In this document: piece after piece, positions 7,953 to 18,800 of the stretch
Numbering within the stretch: the stretch's first letter is position 1
How the letters are laid out: each line of letters opens with the position of its first letter
Assembly: GCA_965209155.1 (NCBI GenBank)
Contig: OZ242383.1
Coordinates: 4,096,001 to 4,160,000 of the forward strand
Direction: 5' to 3'
DNA: 64,000 nt
DNA from: a bacterium
GTDB taxonomy: Bacteria > SAR324 > NAC60-12
Made by a program: the position numbers and the translations under genes
The notes under the pieces: generated by a model
The model's input: only the letters and a program-made list of their open reading frames with translations
Told to the model about the DNA's origin: nothing
Database searches by the model: none

Positions 7953-9430
7953 GGTTCGAGACCGTTCTCACCGCCGAGGCGGATTCTACCTCCAGCAAGC
8001 ACTTGTTGCAACATTACCGGTGCAATAATCTTCAGGAAGATCTTTGCTTCGCTCTGTGGCGTCCTTCTACGGGACGATTGCGTCTCACCGCGTTGATTGA
8101 CGAAATCATTCTTCCCCTGAAAGGTGAACGTATCCTGCATGGCAATGCCAGCTTCCAACCCCACTACCTCGCGCGGGCGATGAAAATAGCGCGTAAAAAA
8201 AAAGTGGGACTGGGTTTTATGCATAGCCACCCGAATCCCGGATGGCAGGGGATGAGTGACGCTGATATCGAAGCAGAGCGGGACGTTCTGGCTTACCCGG
8301 CGGGGGCGACGGGCTTGCCTTTGGTGGGATTGACAATTGGTACCGATGGTTACTGGAGCGCGCGCTTCTGGGAAAGAGACCCCTGTCCGTCAGGCAGACA
8401 GGCTGGACGAATGCGCCGTCATTGGTGCGAGAAAGTTCGAGTCATCGGACCGCAATCCTACAAGATTTACTTCAACGACAACATCGCGCCCTCCCCGCGA
8501 CGGAGGGATATTCTCAGGCGTACTTTCGACACATGGGGACGTGAATCGCAAAACACGATTGCACGTTTGAAAGTTGGTATTGTGGGACTTGGCAGCGTCG
8601 GTTGCATCGTCGCGGAAGCCGTCGCTCGAATCGGAATCACGCAAGTTACGCTGATCGATCCCGATAAAGTCGAAGAGCACAACCTCGACCGTCTGCTTTA
8701 TGGTACTGTAAAAGATGTCGGTAAATTAAAGGTGGATATAGCCGCTCGAGCGATGCGGCGCAATGCCACCGCAGAAAGAATCCAAATTACTACTCTTCCA
8801 GTTTCAATTCACAACGAATCGGCTTATAAAGCGGCCCTGGATTGCGACGTACTCTTCAGTTGCGTCGACCGGCCGCTTCCCCGAGACGTTTTGAATTACA
8901 TCGCGCTGGCTCATTTGATTCCGGTCATTGATGGAGGAATCGCCGTAGAAAGCGACAGACGGCAAGACCGTTTGTTTTCGGCGCACTGGCGTGCGCACAT
9001 CGTCACTCCGTATCATCAATGCCTGCGTTGCAACGGGCAATACAATTCCAGCATGGTGGTAATGGAATTGGACGGGTCGCTTGACGACCCGTCTTATATC
9101 AGCAATTTGCCTCCTGAAGAGCGGATAGGTAACCAGAATGTTTTTCCATTCAGTTTGGGCGTTGCCGGGATGAAAGTGAATTTGATGCTTCGGTACCTGC
9201 TCGCCTGCGATTGGTGGCCATTGGTGAGACAACAGGACTACCAATTCGTAACTGCTAAAACACGTATCATCAATGGCGAATGTCACCCCAACTGCTCAAT
9301 CCATCAACGTAGTGCGCAGGGAGATGCGGGAAACCCACAATACTTAATCCATGAACCCAAGGAATCGCCAAAATTGAGATGGCGTGCAATTTGGCAGCAC
9401 TTCATCAAGATTTTCTATAAGGAATCGTAG
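7949..9430 (+). CDS. JAB/MPN-like peptidase fused to ThiF/E1 adenylating domain
   Basis: QE...HSHPNPGWQGMSDAD (JAMM E...HxH..S..D); IVGLGSVG, DPDKVEEHNLDR, SCVD, IDGG, CLRC and CHPNC zinc ligands; ATGA coupling to E2. Confidence 0.92.
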   Translation: MRFETVLTAEADSTSSKHLLQHYRCNNLQEDLCFALWRPSTGRLRLTALIDEIILPLKGERILHGNASFQPHYLARAMKIARKKKVGLGFMHSHPNPGWQGMSDADIEAERDVLAYPAGATGLPLVGLTIGTDGYWSARFWERDPCPSGRQAGRMRRHWCEKVRVIGPQSYKIYFNDNIAPSPRRRDILRRTFDTWGRESQNTIARLKVGIVGLGSVGCIVAEAVARIGITQVTLIDPDKVEEHNLDRLLYGTVKDVGKLKVDIAARAMRRNATAERIQITTLPVSIHNESAYKAALDCDVLFSCVDRPLPRDVLNYIALAHLIPVIDGGIAVESDRRQDRLFSAHWRAHIVTPYHQCLRCNGQYNSSMVVMELDGSLDDPSYISNLPPEERIGNQNVFPFSLGVAGMKVNLMLRYLLACDWWPLVRQQDYQFVTAKTRIINGECHPNCSIHQRSAQGDAGNPQYLIHEPKESPKLRWRAIWQHFIKIFYKES

Positions 9431-10463
9431 ACATCTTGATTTCTGTACCGTACAATTTAGCTTTATCTAGAAGGGCTTTGAGGCAATAATTTACACTATT
9501 GCGAAATTGTACACGAGGACCAAGTGTAATTATGTTTCCTGAACCAAATATATTGTGAACTTTGAGATCCTCAACTTCGTAATAATGCCTTATGTGCGAA
9601 GGAGCATTGTATTGTCCCCCAGACTCAAAGCAAATCTTTTTTCTAACAGAATCAGATTCAGGAATTACAAAGCGATATTCGTTTTCATATTCATACGCTT
9701 TATCCTTAAACAAATATCGGATCCCTTTCAAGTGATCCGCAACAATCCCTGCCAATATATCCTGAGCATCTATAAATGGTTTTCCGCGAATGCTTTCAAA
9801 CGGCTTTAGATAATTATATAGAGTATCCCAGACTGATTTAAGAAGCTGATCAGTACACTTCACCTCATCAGTACCGTAAAGGACTTTCCACAATAGACCA
9901 CTTGGTACCGTTAGCTTTAAAGAGCAACCTTCACCCTCTTTTCCGTAGGTTCGCCAATACACGAGATCATCACTCTCATCCCTTTCTGTCTTTTTTGTAT
10001 CGGGGCGAATGAATGAGGCGATATATGCGTGATGCGCGTTACTTGTCCTCAATAATTCTTGTCCGTTTACCAGCTTTAGATTCCGATAAAAATATTTTCC
10101 TTCATCCGGATCGTTGAAATGCGCAGAGTCATATAGTCGTAACGAAGCAGTCCGCCGTGCCATCGGAGCATCCTGACCTTTCATCGGAGCGTTTTCAAGC
10201 ATTGAAAGGAGTGTAGCGATACTCGTATAGTGAATGACATGAATTTTTTTCCCACCTTCAGATTCCTCGAGCCTATGACGATTTTCGATTTCACGACATA
10301 AGTCTTTCACTACGTCTTTCAGCATAGGACCCACAATATCGGACACATACCACTTACCGAGTTCAGGATTGCTTTCATAGTATTCATAATTATTCTCAAT
10401 GTGTTCTATACCTGCTGTTACTAACACTTTCAATTTCTCCATTTTCTCATCTGTCTTATTCAT
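9405..10463 (-). CDS. DUF2971-family protein
   Basis: HYTS, FNDPDEG, YWRTYG..GEG and KDKAYEYENEYR motifs. Confidence 0.8.
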   Translation of the reverse strand: MNKTDEKMEKLKVLVTAGIEHIENNYEYYESNPELGKWYVSDIVGPMLKDVVKDLCREIENRHRLEESEGGKKIHVIHYTSIATLLSMLENAPMKGQDAPMARRTASLRLYDSAHFNDPDEGKYFYRNLKLVNGQELLRTSNAHHAYIASFIRPDTKKTERDESDDLVYWRTYGKEGEGCSLKLTVPSGLLWKVLYGTDEVKCTDQLLKSVWDTLYNYLKPFESIRGKPFIDAQDILAGIVADHLKGIRYLFKDKAYEYENEYRFVIPESDSVRKKICFESGGQYNAPSHIRHYYEVEDLKVHNIFGSGNIITLGPRVQFRNSVNYCLKALLDKAKLYGTEIKMSTIPYRKS

Positions 10464-10614
10464 CTGGTCACTCCTTATGGGCAGACGAAATTGGTGTCTT
10501 GGTATAAAACCAATCCACCAGTGTAAATAAAATTGTGAGTCAATGCCGTCCTATAAGTATACGAAACTACAAGGAATTTTCACATATAAAACCTTCCAGG
10601 TTATTCGTAGAAAT

Positions 10615-11653
10615 TCAATCCTGCTGTCGCGTCAGCATGGCTGCGAAGTCTGTTGGCAGTTTGACCCCATTTTTCTGCTCGAAGTCCGCTACGCTTTCAT
10701 AGTCGTTATGAAATGCGGCGATGATGTCCACCCCTCTATCTCTGGCAGAGATCAGGTCGGACCTGGCTTTTTCCCATTCTTTCAGATGCAACCAGGCCTC
10801 ACCCCGATTGGCGTATGCCTCGGGATAATCTGGTTTCAGTTCTGTGACCTTTTCATAGTCCGCAATGGCAAGGTTAAACTCGCCTTTACGATAGTATGAA
10901 ATACCACGATTAAAATAAGCCACGGTATCATTTGGTTTCAGTTCTATAGCCTTGGTGTAGTGGCATATAGCGTTATCGTGAAGTCCTTTGTCTTGACAGG
11001 TTAACCCTTTATAAAACTCCGTGTAGGCACTCTGGTGGATGTCTTGATGTTTGATGAATCCCTGGAGGTCGTTGTAGATGGTTTGAGTAGACAGGCCGTG
11101 GTACTTTCGCAGGTGCTCCAAGATTGGTTGTTTGAGGTGTTTGGGGATAGTGATTACGTCGTCTGGCTCAAGAAAGCCCTGCGGTGGTCGCACGAAGAGG
11201 CTCTTTTGGGCGATGACGCGATTTCTGGGATTCCGAGGCCTGTTTATATGTTTTTCTATCGATTTTCTTTTTTGTAAGATAATTCTGCCGTTTTTGTCGT
11301 GAGAGCCATCGCAGGCAAAAAAAAGGGCTACAAGGTAATCGGTCGTAAAATCGATCAGGTTGGTTTTTCCGCCAAAGTGTTGCAGTTCGGTCAGGATTTC
11401 AAATTCGTCGGTTTCATGAGTATACTTTTTTGCCTTGTTGAGAATTTCTTGTTGGACCTTCTCAATATCAAAGTGCTCAGTCTCGATAAAAATTATATTG
11501 ACGGTAAAGGCTTGAGGAGACTTTCTCGAAGCATTCAGGTTCACCACGGTAAATGTAGTCGCCACCGGCTGATTTTTCCGCTATCTCGCGGATTATGTCC
11601 AAAACCTCGCTGAGTTTGTCGTTTTGAGGATGGGACGTGTCTGGTGCGTTCAT
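10615..11653 (-). pseudogene. FRG-domain + TPR protein, frameshifted near 11490
   Basis: ATG 11653 frame gives ...GDYIYRGE...VSSSLYRQYNF then stops. The adjacent frame has LQHFGGKTNLIDFT..ALFFAC, RVIAQKSLF and three TPRs. Removing one T from a T5 run joins them. Confidence 0.8.
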
Positions 11654-11742
11654 GATTTAATTTCCATCAATGTGATTTCTTCGCGGTCTGTTCTGTGAGT
11701 TGTCGTGGATTAATAATAACAGAAACCAAACGACTTGGGTTA

Positions 11743-13184
11743 TCATTCGTCAACGTTTGGGACCTCTGACATGGCTTTTTTGTATTCGGCAATCCATTCT
11801 TCCGCTTCTTTTTTGTTGTAGGAGCTGGTAATGGCACCGCTGTTTTCTGGTAGGCCAATACCGAACGGTTGGCTTACATATGGACTCAGCCTCTGTCGCA
11901 ACAAACCTGCTTTTTCCTCAGATAATCCTTTTTCAAGGGCATCCGCGGCTTTTTGGTATAATCCTCCGGACAATACACTCGACAGATCACCCTTTTTATC
12001 GATTGATCTTTCGATACGCTCTACGAAAGGGGTAGAAGAGGACCATTCTTGGATTCCGGCTCCTTTCAGGTTTGCCTTTTTTAGAAAGGTCCCAATTAGA
12101 GATGCATGAGAAAGTTTTGCTCCTTGCAATTGTGCCCCTGAAAGATATGCTCCCTCTAGATGCACGTTTGCAAGATTAGCTCCTTGCAGAAGAGCTTCGT
12201 GGAGATACGCTGCTTGCAAATGTGATCCCATAAGATTCGCTCCTGATAGTCGCGCTTGGGAAAGATTCGACCCTTGCAAGTACGCTGAGATGAGAACAGC
12301 GCCTTGTAGATTTGCCTGTTCGAGAAAAGCTTCTTCCAAGTGTACCTTTACAAGATTGGCTTCTTGCAATTGCGCCAATTTAAGCTCAGCTTTACTCAAG
12401 CTCGCTTGAGATAGAATTGCCGCCCGCAAACGCGCTCCCCTGAGATTGGCCCCGTTCAGCCAGCTATTCTGCAAGTTGATATGGAGACCTTTGAAAACGT
12501 CATGTTTTTGCACGAAAAGCAGGGTCAGCAGGCTTTGTACTTCTTCGGAGGGTTTCGACTGGTGGGTTTTGCGATATTCGTCCTCGCCCGTCGTGCGGCG
12601 AATATGGGCGCATAAAATGTCCAAGACGGTTTGACTCAAATCCGGGGTGTTCTGTGCCAGATGAAAGCGCTCGTCGGCGCCGCCCGAACTGTACATCCTT
12701 TGGTGAGCTTCATTCTTGGTGTCTTGCGCCAGATGAAAGAGTTCATAGGCACCGCCCAAGCGTACGGAGTCCGAGTCGTTTCCCAGGTGTTCGATGGCAT
12801 TTTTAAGGCGTTCCTGTCGCAGACCCTTTTCTGTGTTCTGGTTCGCTTTTGCCTGCTCCACCGTGGCTTTTGCCTGCGCTTTCGCAGTGTCTTCCATTGC
12901 TCTGGCACGCTTGTATGAAATCCAGGCTTGCAGGGTCAATAGAATGCCGCCCATACTGATTCCGAGAAATATGAGGATTTCGTTTTTTCTCCGGGCAAGC
13001 CCAAAAGCTGGCCAACGCACTCTTCAATTTTTTTGGAAACACTATTAGTGGATACCCCTGAAAACGGGCGAATACAATCTTCAACGACATCAGAAAACAT
13101 GACGGCCACGAAAACCACTGCCAACAGGACAAGGGCACTGATTAGCAGATATGAAGGCGTCCTGTTATCGGATTTTTCTGCCAT
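11743..13184 (-). pseudogene. Membrane-anchored pentapeptide-repeat protein, frameshifted near 12985
   Basis: ORF 12936-13184 (start plus TM helix) and ORF 11743-13020 (second TM, AIEHLG..VRLGGAYEL, many A[NQY]Lxx repeats) join if the A6 run in GGAGAAAAAACG gains one A. Confidence 0.78.
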
Positions 13185-13267
13185 CTTTTAATCCCATAAG
13201 GTGGTGCACATCGTACCCTTCAAATTATTCCTGGATTATCTACGGTTGGATTCACAGTAACGGGAAA

Positions 13268-13820
13268 TTACTCATTGAGGTGGCAGATACCATTGATTTT
13301 TATAATAAAAGGCTGGACATTTGAATACTGCTGGCGACGCTTCCCTTCGAATTCAACTCGCAGTTTTTTTGATTTCAGAATTTTGAAATCCAATTTGAGT
13401 ATATCTTCACACGTATTTAAAAGTTTTAAATAGAGCACGGATACCAGTCGAGCGAACTTCTTGAATCTTTCCGGCTCTTTTCCAAAGGATCGATAGAGAT
13501 TCGGAATTGGAGATTCGGTTATTTGGGGGATACTTCCATATGGCGATGAGGCCTGACGAGAAATGAAATTCTCTAGCAGTTGATTGTATACATTGACTGT
13601 AGAAGGATTGGTAGTTTCCAGAGATTCATTGAGAAGAATCCTTTTTGCACGCATTTCAGCAATCTCATCTGGTGAAAATCCGGAGAACCCTATCTCACTG
13701 GATAAACCGGGGTTTTGCCTTCCTTGATCTTCCTTCAGAACGACTTCCCAAACGGTTTGGGAGCCAGATCTGGTTTGCATCACTTCCTGCGGACTGACCC
13801 AGGCGACCTGCTTCTCTTGG
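13268..13820 (-). pseudogene. Probable 5'-truncated remnant (C-terminal part of a larger accessory protein)
   Basis: Protein-like frame (QVAWVSPQEVMQT...SPDEIAEMRAKRILLNE) extends upstream of the called start with no evident RBS; parent family not identified with certainty. Confidence 0.45.
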
Positions 13821-14111
13821 AAAGATCTTCCCCGCCAACCCGGCAGTCCAGATCCATAAAAACGAAACGTCGACGTTCCTTCACATTTTAATGAATAGCG
13901 AATTTACCATCAAGCCTGTATTTCGAGTTACGCGTTGACAACCATACATAAGACAAAGTGTACTATTTCCGTCAAACCACTCCACAATCAGCTTAAGCTT
14001 GATTAGCCCATGTTGTTAGAGCATAATTTGCTGCTAATGATTCCAAATGTGAGAACCACCTCACAAACTCTAAATATTTTACGGTACGGAATCGTACCAA
14101 AGGGATTTGGA

Positions 14112-14969
14112 ATGGAAATAACGACGGATATATATCTTGGCGACAGCAAAGAGCAATTAAAACTGCTCAAAGATAATTCAGTTGACCTGATAGTCACCTC
14201 CCCGCCCTATGCCGATCAACGTAGAGGTACATATGGTGGTATTCATGCTGATGATTACGTAGAATGGTTTTTACCCATATCCGAGCAACTACTACGCGTT
14301 TTAAAGTCTTCAGGAACTTTTATACTGAATATCAAAGAAAAAGCGATGAAAGGAGAACGTTGTACTTACGTGATCGAGCTGATTCTGGAAATGCGAAAGC
14401 AAGGATGGCATTGGACGGAAGAATTCATATGGCATAAAAAAAATTGTTACCCTGGCAAGTGGCCTAATCGTTTTCGTGATGCATGGGAAAGACTGCTTCA
14501 ATTCAATAAAAATCGCAAATTTCACATGTACCAGGAGGAAGTTATGGTTCCGGTAGGTGATTGGGCAACCACACGACTGAGAAACCTTTCCGAAACCGAT
14601 AAAACCCGTGATAATTCAAAAGTTGGAAGTGGATTTGGTAAAAATGTTTCAAACTGGCTTAACCGGGATAAAACTTATCCAACGAACGTTCTGCACCTGG
14701 CCACTGAATGCAATAACAAAAATCACAGTGCCGCCTTTCCTGAAGCTTTACCGGAGTGGTTTATTAAATTATTTACGAAAGAAAAAGATTTGGTTCTTGA
14801 TCCGTTTATGGGGTCTGGAACTACGTTGTTTGTGGCAAACCGAATGAAACGAAATTCCATCGGTATCGACGTGGTTCCCGAATACTGTGAGATGGTTAGA
14901 AAAAGATTAAGCCCCGTCGAATTATATCTATTGGAACCAACAGCAGAATATGAAAAAGCTCAACCTTGA
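14112..14969 (+). CDS. Site-specific DNA methyltransferase, N4-C/N6-A beta class
   Basis: VDLIVTSPPY precedes VLDPFMGSGTT (beta motif order); HSAAFP. Confidence 0.95.
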   Translation: MEITTDIYLGDSKEQLKLLKDNSVDLIVTSPPYADQRRGTYGGIHADDYVEWFLPISEQLLRVLKSSGTFILNIKEKAMKGERCTYVIELILEMRKQGWHWTEEFIWHKKNCYPGKWPNRFRDAWERLLQFNKNRKFHMYQEEVMVPVGDWATTRLRNLSETDKTRDNSKVGSGFGKNVSNWLNRDKTYPTNVLHLATECNNKNHSAAFPEALPEWFIKLFTKEKDLVLDPFMGSGTTLFVANRMKRNSIGIDVVPEYCEMVRKRLSPVELYLLEPTAEYEKAQP

Positions 14970-15690
14970 AGATGTGTTGAAATACGTTGAGGAAAATATT
15001 GGTTTTTTTCATACAAAACGAATTCAAAACCTTGACAATTTAAAGCTGTCAAAAGTTCTCAAACGAAAGAATCCCTATCTTTTCAAAGCGAAATACGTGT
15101 TGACTGCCGAACAGATTGTAAGAGGATTGACTGATGCACATATCTCTTCGAATGAAGAAACTATTTTTGGTGATTGGCTGGAAGGGCTGGCAATTTTCAT
15201 TAACAGAAAGGTTTACAATGGATACAAGTCAGGTATCAGAGGAATTGATCTTGAATTTGACAGCAACAATACCAGATTTATCGTTACCATTAAATCAGGG
15301 CCAAATTGGGGTAATAGCTCGCAACAGGCCAAAATGGTCTCGGATTTTAGAACTGCAAAAAAAGTCCTGAGAACCAGTAATTCAAACTTGAATGTAATTG
15401 CTATAAACGGTTGTTGCTATGGAAGGGACAACAAACCGGATAAAGGAGATTATTTCAAATATTGTGGTCAACGGTTCTGGGAATTTATCTCTGGAGATAG
15501 TGAACTGTTTATGGGAATCATTCAGTCACTTGGACACAAAGCCAAGGAAAAAAATGACGTTTTTATAGAAGCATACTCTAATATGCTCAATAAATTTACT
15601 AGAGAATTCGCAGACACGTTTTGTGAAGATAATGGAAAGATTGATTGGGATAAATTAGTCCGCTACAACTCAGCAAAGAATGATTCTTGA
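14950..15690 (+). CDS. Type II restriction endonuclease (PmeII/EcoO109I-like PD-(D/E)xK)
   Basis: KRKNPYLF, SSNEETIFG, GIDLEF, IKSGPNWGNSSQ motifs; overlaps the MTase stop. Confidence 0.85.
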   Translation: MKKLNLEDVLKYVEENIGFFHTKRIQNLDNLKLSKVLKRKNPYLFKAKYVLTAEQIVRGLTDAHISSNEETIFGDWLEGLAIFINRKVYNGYKSGIRGIDLEFDSNNTRFIVTIKSGPNWGNSSQQAKMVSDFRTAKKVLRTSNSNLNVIAINGCCYGRDNKPDKGDYFKYCGQRFWEFISGDSELFMGIIQSLGHKAKEKNDVFIEAYSNMLNKFTREFADTFCEDNGKIDWDKLVRYNSAKNDS

Positions 15691-15843
15691 CACTTTTACC
15701 TTCCTCCAACGACTTCATTTCTTATTTGTATAGTCCAAGTATTCCTTACAGAGAAACAATGTGAAAACCTTGATGATTCCAGGGTGGTCATTTTATAAAC
15801 TGCCGTTAGTTAAATCAGTGACCATAATTTTCCTGGATTCCCG

Positions 15844-18800
15844 TCAATTTTTTCTTTGGCGCAATTCCTGAAAAAGGGCTTGGGCGGGATGCAGGGGTTT
15901 GAAATCATCGAAGCGTTTCACCTGCGTACGACAGGAATAACCCGTTACCAGTGAAAATCGTCTGCTTTCTTCATCTGCCGGGATATATTTTCCCCAACTC
16001 ATCCGGTAAATCCCTTTCGATTCGGCATAATGCTCCACCTCGTGGCCAAAGGTTCCACACATGCCGCAACAACCGAGGGGGGGGATTTCCAATTGCAAAC
16101 CGAAGGCATGATAAATGCGCTGCCATTGTTTCTGAGAATCGAATTCTGCCGTTGTTTCGTGACAATGTCCGAAAAGGCGGTAAGTGGACGCTCCGCCAGC
16201 AGGATGGGACTTTCGAGGTCGTGGAAAAAGCTCACGAAAACGGGGTATTTGAGACGTCAACCACTCCTGCAGCAACTGCACCCGGTAGATGGTCTTTTCC
16301 TGATCGAGGATTTTGGGATATTCATCGCGGTAGGTGAGCACCATACTCGGTTCGATTCCGATAATCGCAATTCCCAGTCGCGTCAGTTTTTCAAGATAGG
16401 CGGAGTTTTTTTTGGCCAACTTGAGAAATTGCGGAAGAAAGCCCTTGAAGTGCAGGGGTTTGCCATTGGCCCGGAAAGGCAGCACGTAGACCACGAAGCC
16501 GAGCATGCGCAACAAATCGTAAATATCCAGAACCAGGGACGGTTCGTAATACGTGGTGAAGACGTCCTGCATTAAAATCACGGAGCGTTCCTTCTCCCCG
16601 GCAGTCAAGCGGGCTAGCTTCGCATAATCGAAAGGAGGCGCATGCCGCTGTCGCAGCCCTTTATTCAATGGAGTCGGGTCGATTCGCGGGACGTCACACA
16701 GACCGATAACCTTCTCCAGAACCATCCGTACCGGGTACCATCGCATGAGTTCGTTGTTCCAGCGCGCCGCGTGCGCTTGCAGGGGGGTCAACCATTCAAT
16801 TCCTGCCACCATATGATCCCGCAATGGTCTGAGATAGCGGGAATGATACAATTCCAGGAACCGGGAGCGAAACTGTGGAACGTCGACATGAATCGGGCAT
16901 TGCACCGCGCAGGCTTTGCATGCCAGGCAACCGGCCATCGCTTCATAGACTTCTTGGGAAAAGTCATACTCACCGCGTCTGAGAGCGAGGGTATTGCGAA
17001 GTCTGCGGAAAAAATGCGTCACCTCGTCGATTTTTTTAATGGAATCCTTGCTTTCCACTACCCCGTGCACACGGTCTCCGGAATTTTTTCGCACATGAGA
17101 CAACAGGCGCAACCACTCCCGCATCATCCCCGCTCTTCCTTTGGGAGAATGAATGCGGTCCCTGGTGACTTTCGAAGAGGGGCACATGACATGGTGAGGG
17201 TCATAATTGAAACAAATGCCGTTTCCGTTGCAGTGGAGGGCGGCATCATATTCCGAACGGAGGGACTGCGGAATCTGGCGGTCGAAATGCCCCCTGAGGG
17301 GGGATTCCAAGGGAAGCACCCGCTCCGGGAGGGAATAAGGGGTGACGATTTTTCCCGGATTCAGTCGATTGCCGGGGTCGAAAGCCTCCTTGATCCTCCT
17401 TAGATCCTGGTAGAGTTCTTTTCCAAAAAAGAGTGGCGAGTATTCACTGCGGAAACCCTGTCCATGTTCGGCCCACATGATACCTCCGTATTTGCGGACC
17501 AGTTTGACCACCTGGTCCGACAAACTGCGGACCAGCGCTTCGTCCTCCAGTTCTTTCAGGTCCAATGCGGGCCGCACATGGAGACAGCCCACGTCCACAT
17601 GGCCGTACATTCCGTATTCCAACCCGTGTTTGTCCAGTAATGCCGTGAATTCGGCAATATAGGCAGCCAGATTTTCCGGTGGGACTGCCGTATCTTCCAC
17701 AAAAGGAAGGGGTCTGCGATTGCCTTGCGTGTTTCCCAAAAGACCTGCTCCTTTTTTCCTCAGATCCCAAAGATGCTTCATTTCCTCCGCATCTCGAGTG
17801 GCGTAATAACCGGTGGCCTTCCCGGAAGATTTCCACCTCCCCTGGAGGGAGGGGGAAATTGTCTGGCACAAGTCGTTCACGCGTCGTTCGAGTTCTCCGA
17901 CATCATTTCCGCTGAATTCCACCAGGTTGATCGAGCGGGTCACCGCCCATTCTTCATCTGCAATGAAATTTCGTACATGGTGATAAATCGCGTCGCCTTT
18001 GGCCAATTCCAGAATTTTTTCATCAATGGTTTCAATGGCTGCCGGCTCGTAGTCGAGTAACGAACGAGCTGCCCGGAGGGCGTCGTGGAAGGACTCGTAT
18101 TTGATGACCAGCAAGTGTTTGTATTTTGGAATCGGCATGAGTTTGAGCCTGGCTTCGCTGAGAGTGACCAGGGTTCCTTCCGAACCGGCCAGCAAATTGT
18201 TTAAATTGAAGCGCTTACCATTTCCCGAATAAACCCCCGCCAGGTTGTAACCGGTCAGAAAACGGCTCATTTTCGGGAATTGTTTCTCGATCTGTTCCGC
18301 TTTTTCGGTGACAATGCTATCCACGACTCGATGGACTCGCCCCACGATGTTGTCCTGCTTCTTCAGCTCAGAGAGTCGCTCCAAACCAATCTCCCGCGTT
18401 TGCCAGAGGGTACCGTCCTCAAAGACGAATGAGAGTTCCAGAATATGGTTGCTGGTCCTGCCATAAATGCGGGATCCTTTGCCGCAGGCATCGGTGCTGA
18501 TCATTCCTCCAAGGGTCGCCCGGTTGCTGGGGGAGAGATTCGGCGCAAAAAAGACGCCGAATTGCTCGAGGTGATCATTCAACTGGTCCAGGACAACTCC
18601 CGGCTGTACGCGTACCCATCTCTCTTGCAAATCGACTTCGAGGATACGATTCATGTGCTTGGAACAATCGATGATAATTCCCGGGGAAAGCGCTTGCCCG
18701 TTGGTGCCGGTGCCCCCTCCCCGGGCCGTGAAATGGAGCCCATGAAAACGCGCTTCCTGCGCCAGGTTGAATAATTGTGAGATATCTTCAGCGGAACGGG

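Noticed and set aside
7309..9430. CBASS, or ThiF/MoeB cofactor biosynthesis
   Set aside because: No CD-NTase nearby and the domain order is JAB-E1 with separate E2 and Ubl; no thi/moa genes and no GG-ending sulfur carrier.
9405..13860. Integron cassette array (co-oriented accessory genes)
   Set aside because: No convincing attC sites or repeated intergenic motif found by eye.
13935..13966. sigma70 promoter for the R-M operon (TTGACA...TACTAT)
   Set aside because: The 20-bp spacer is too long.
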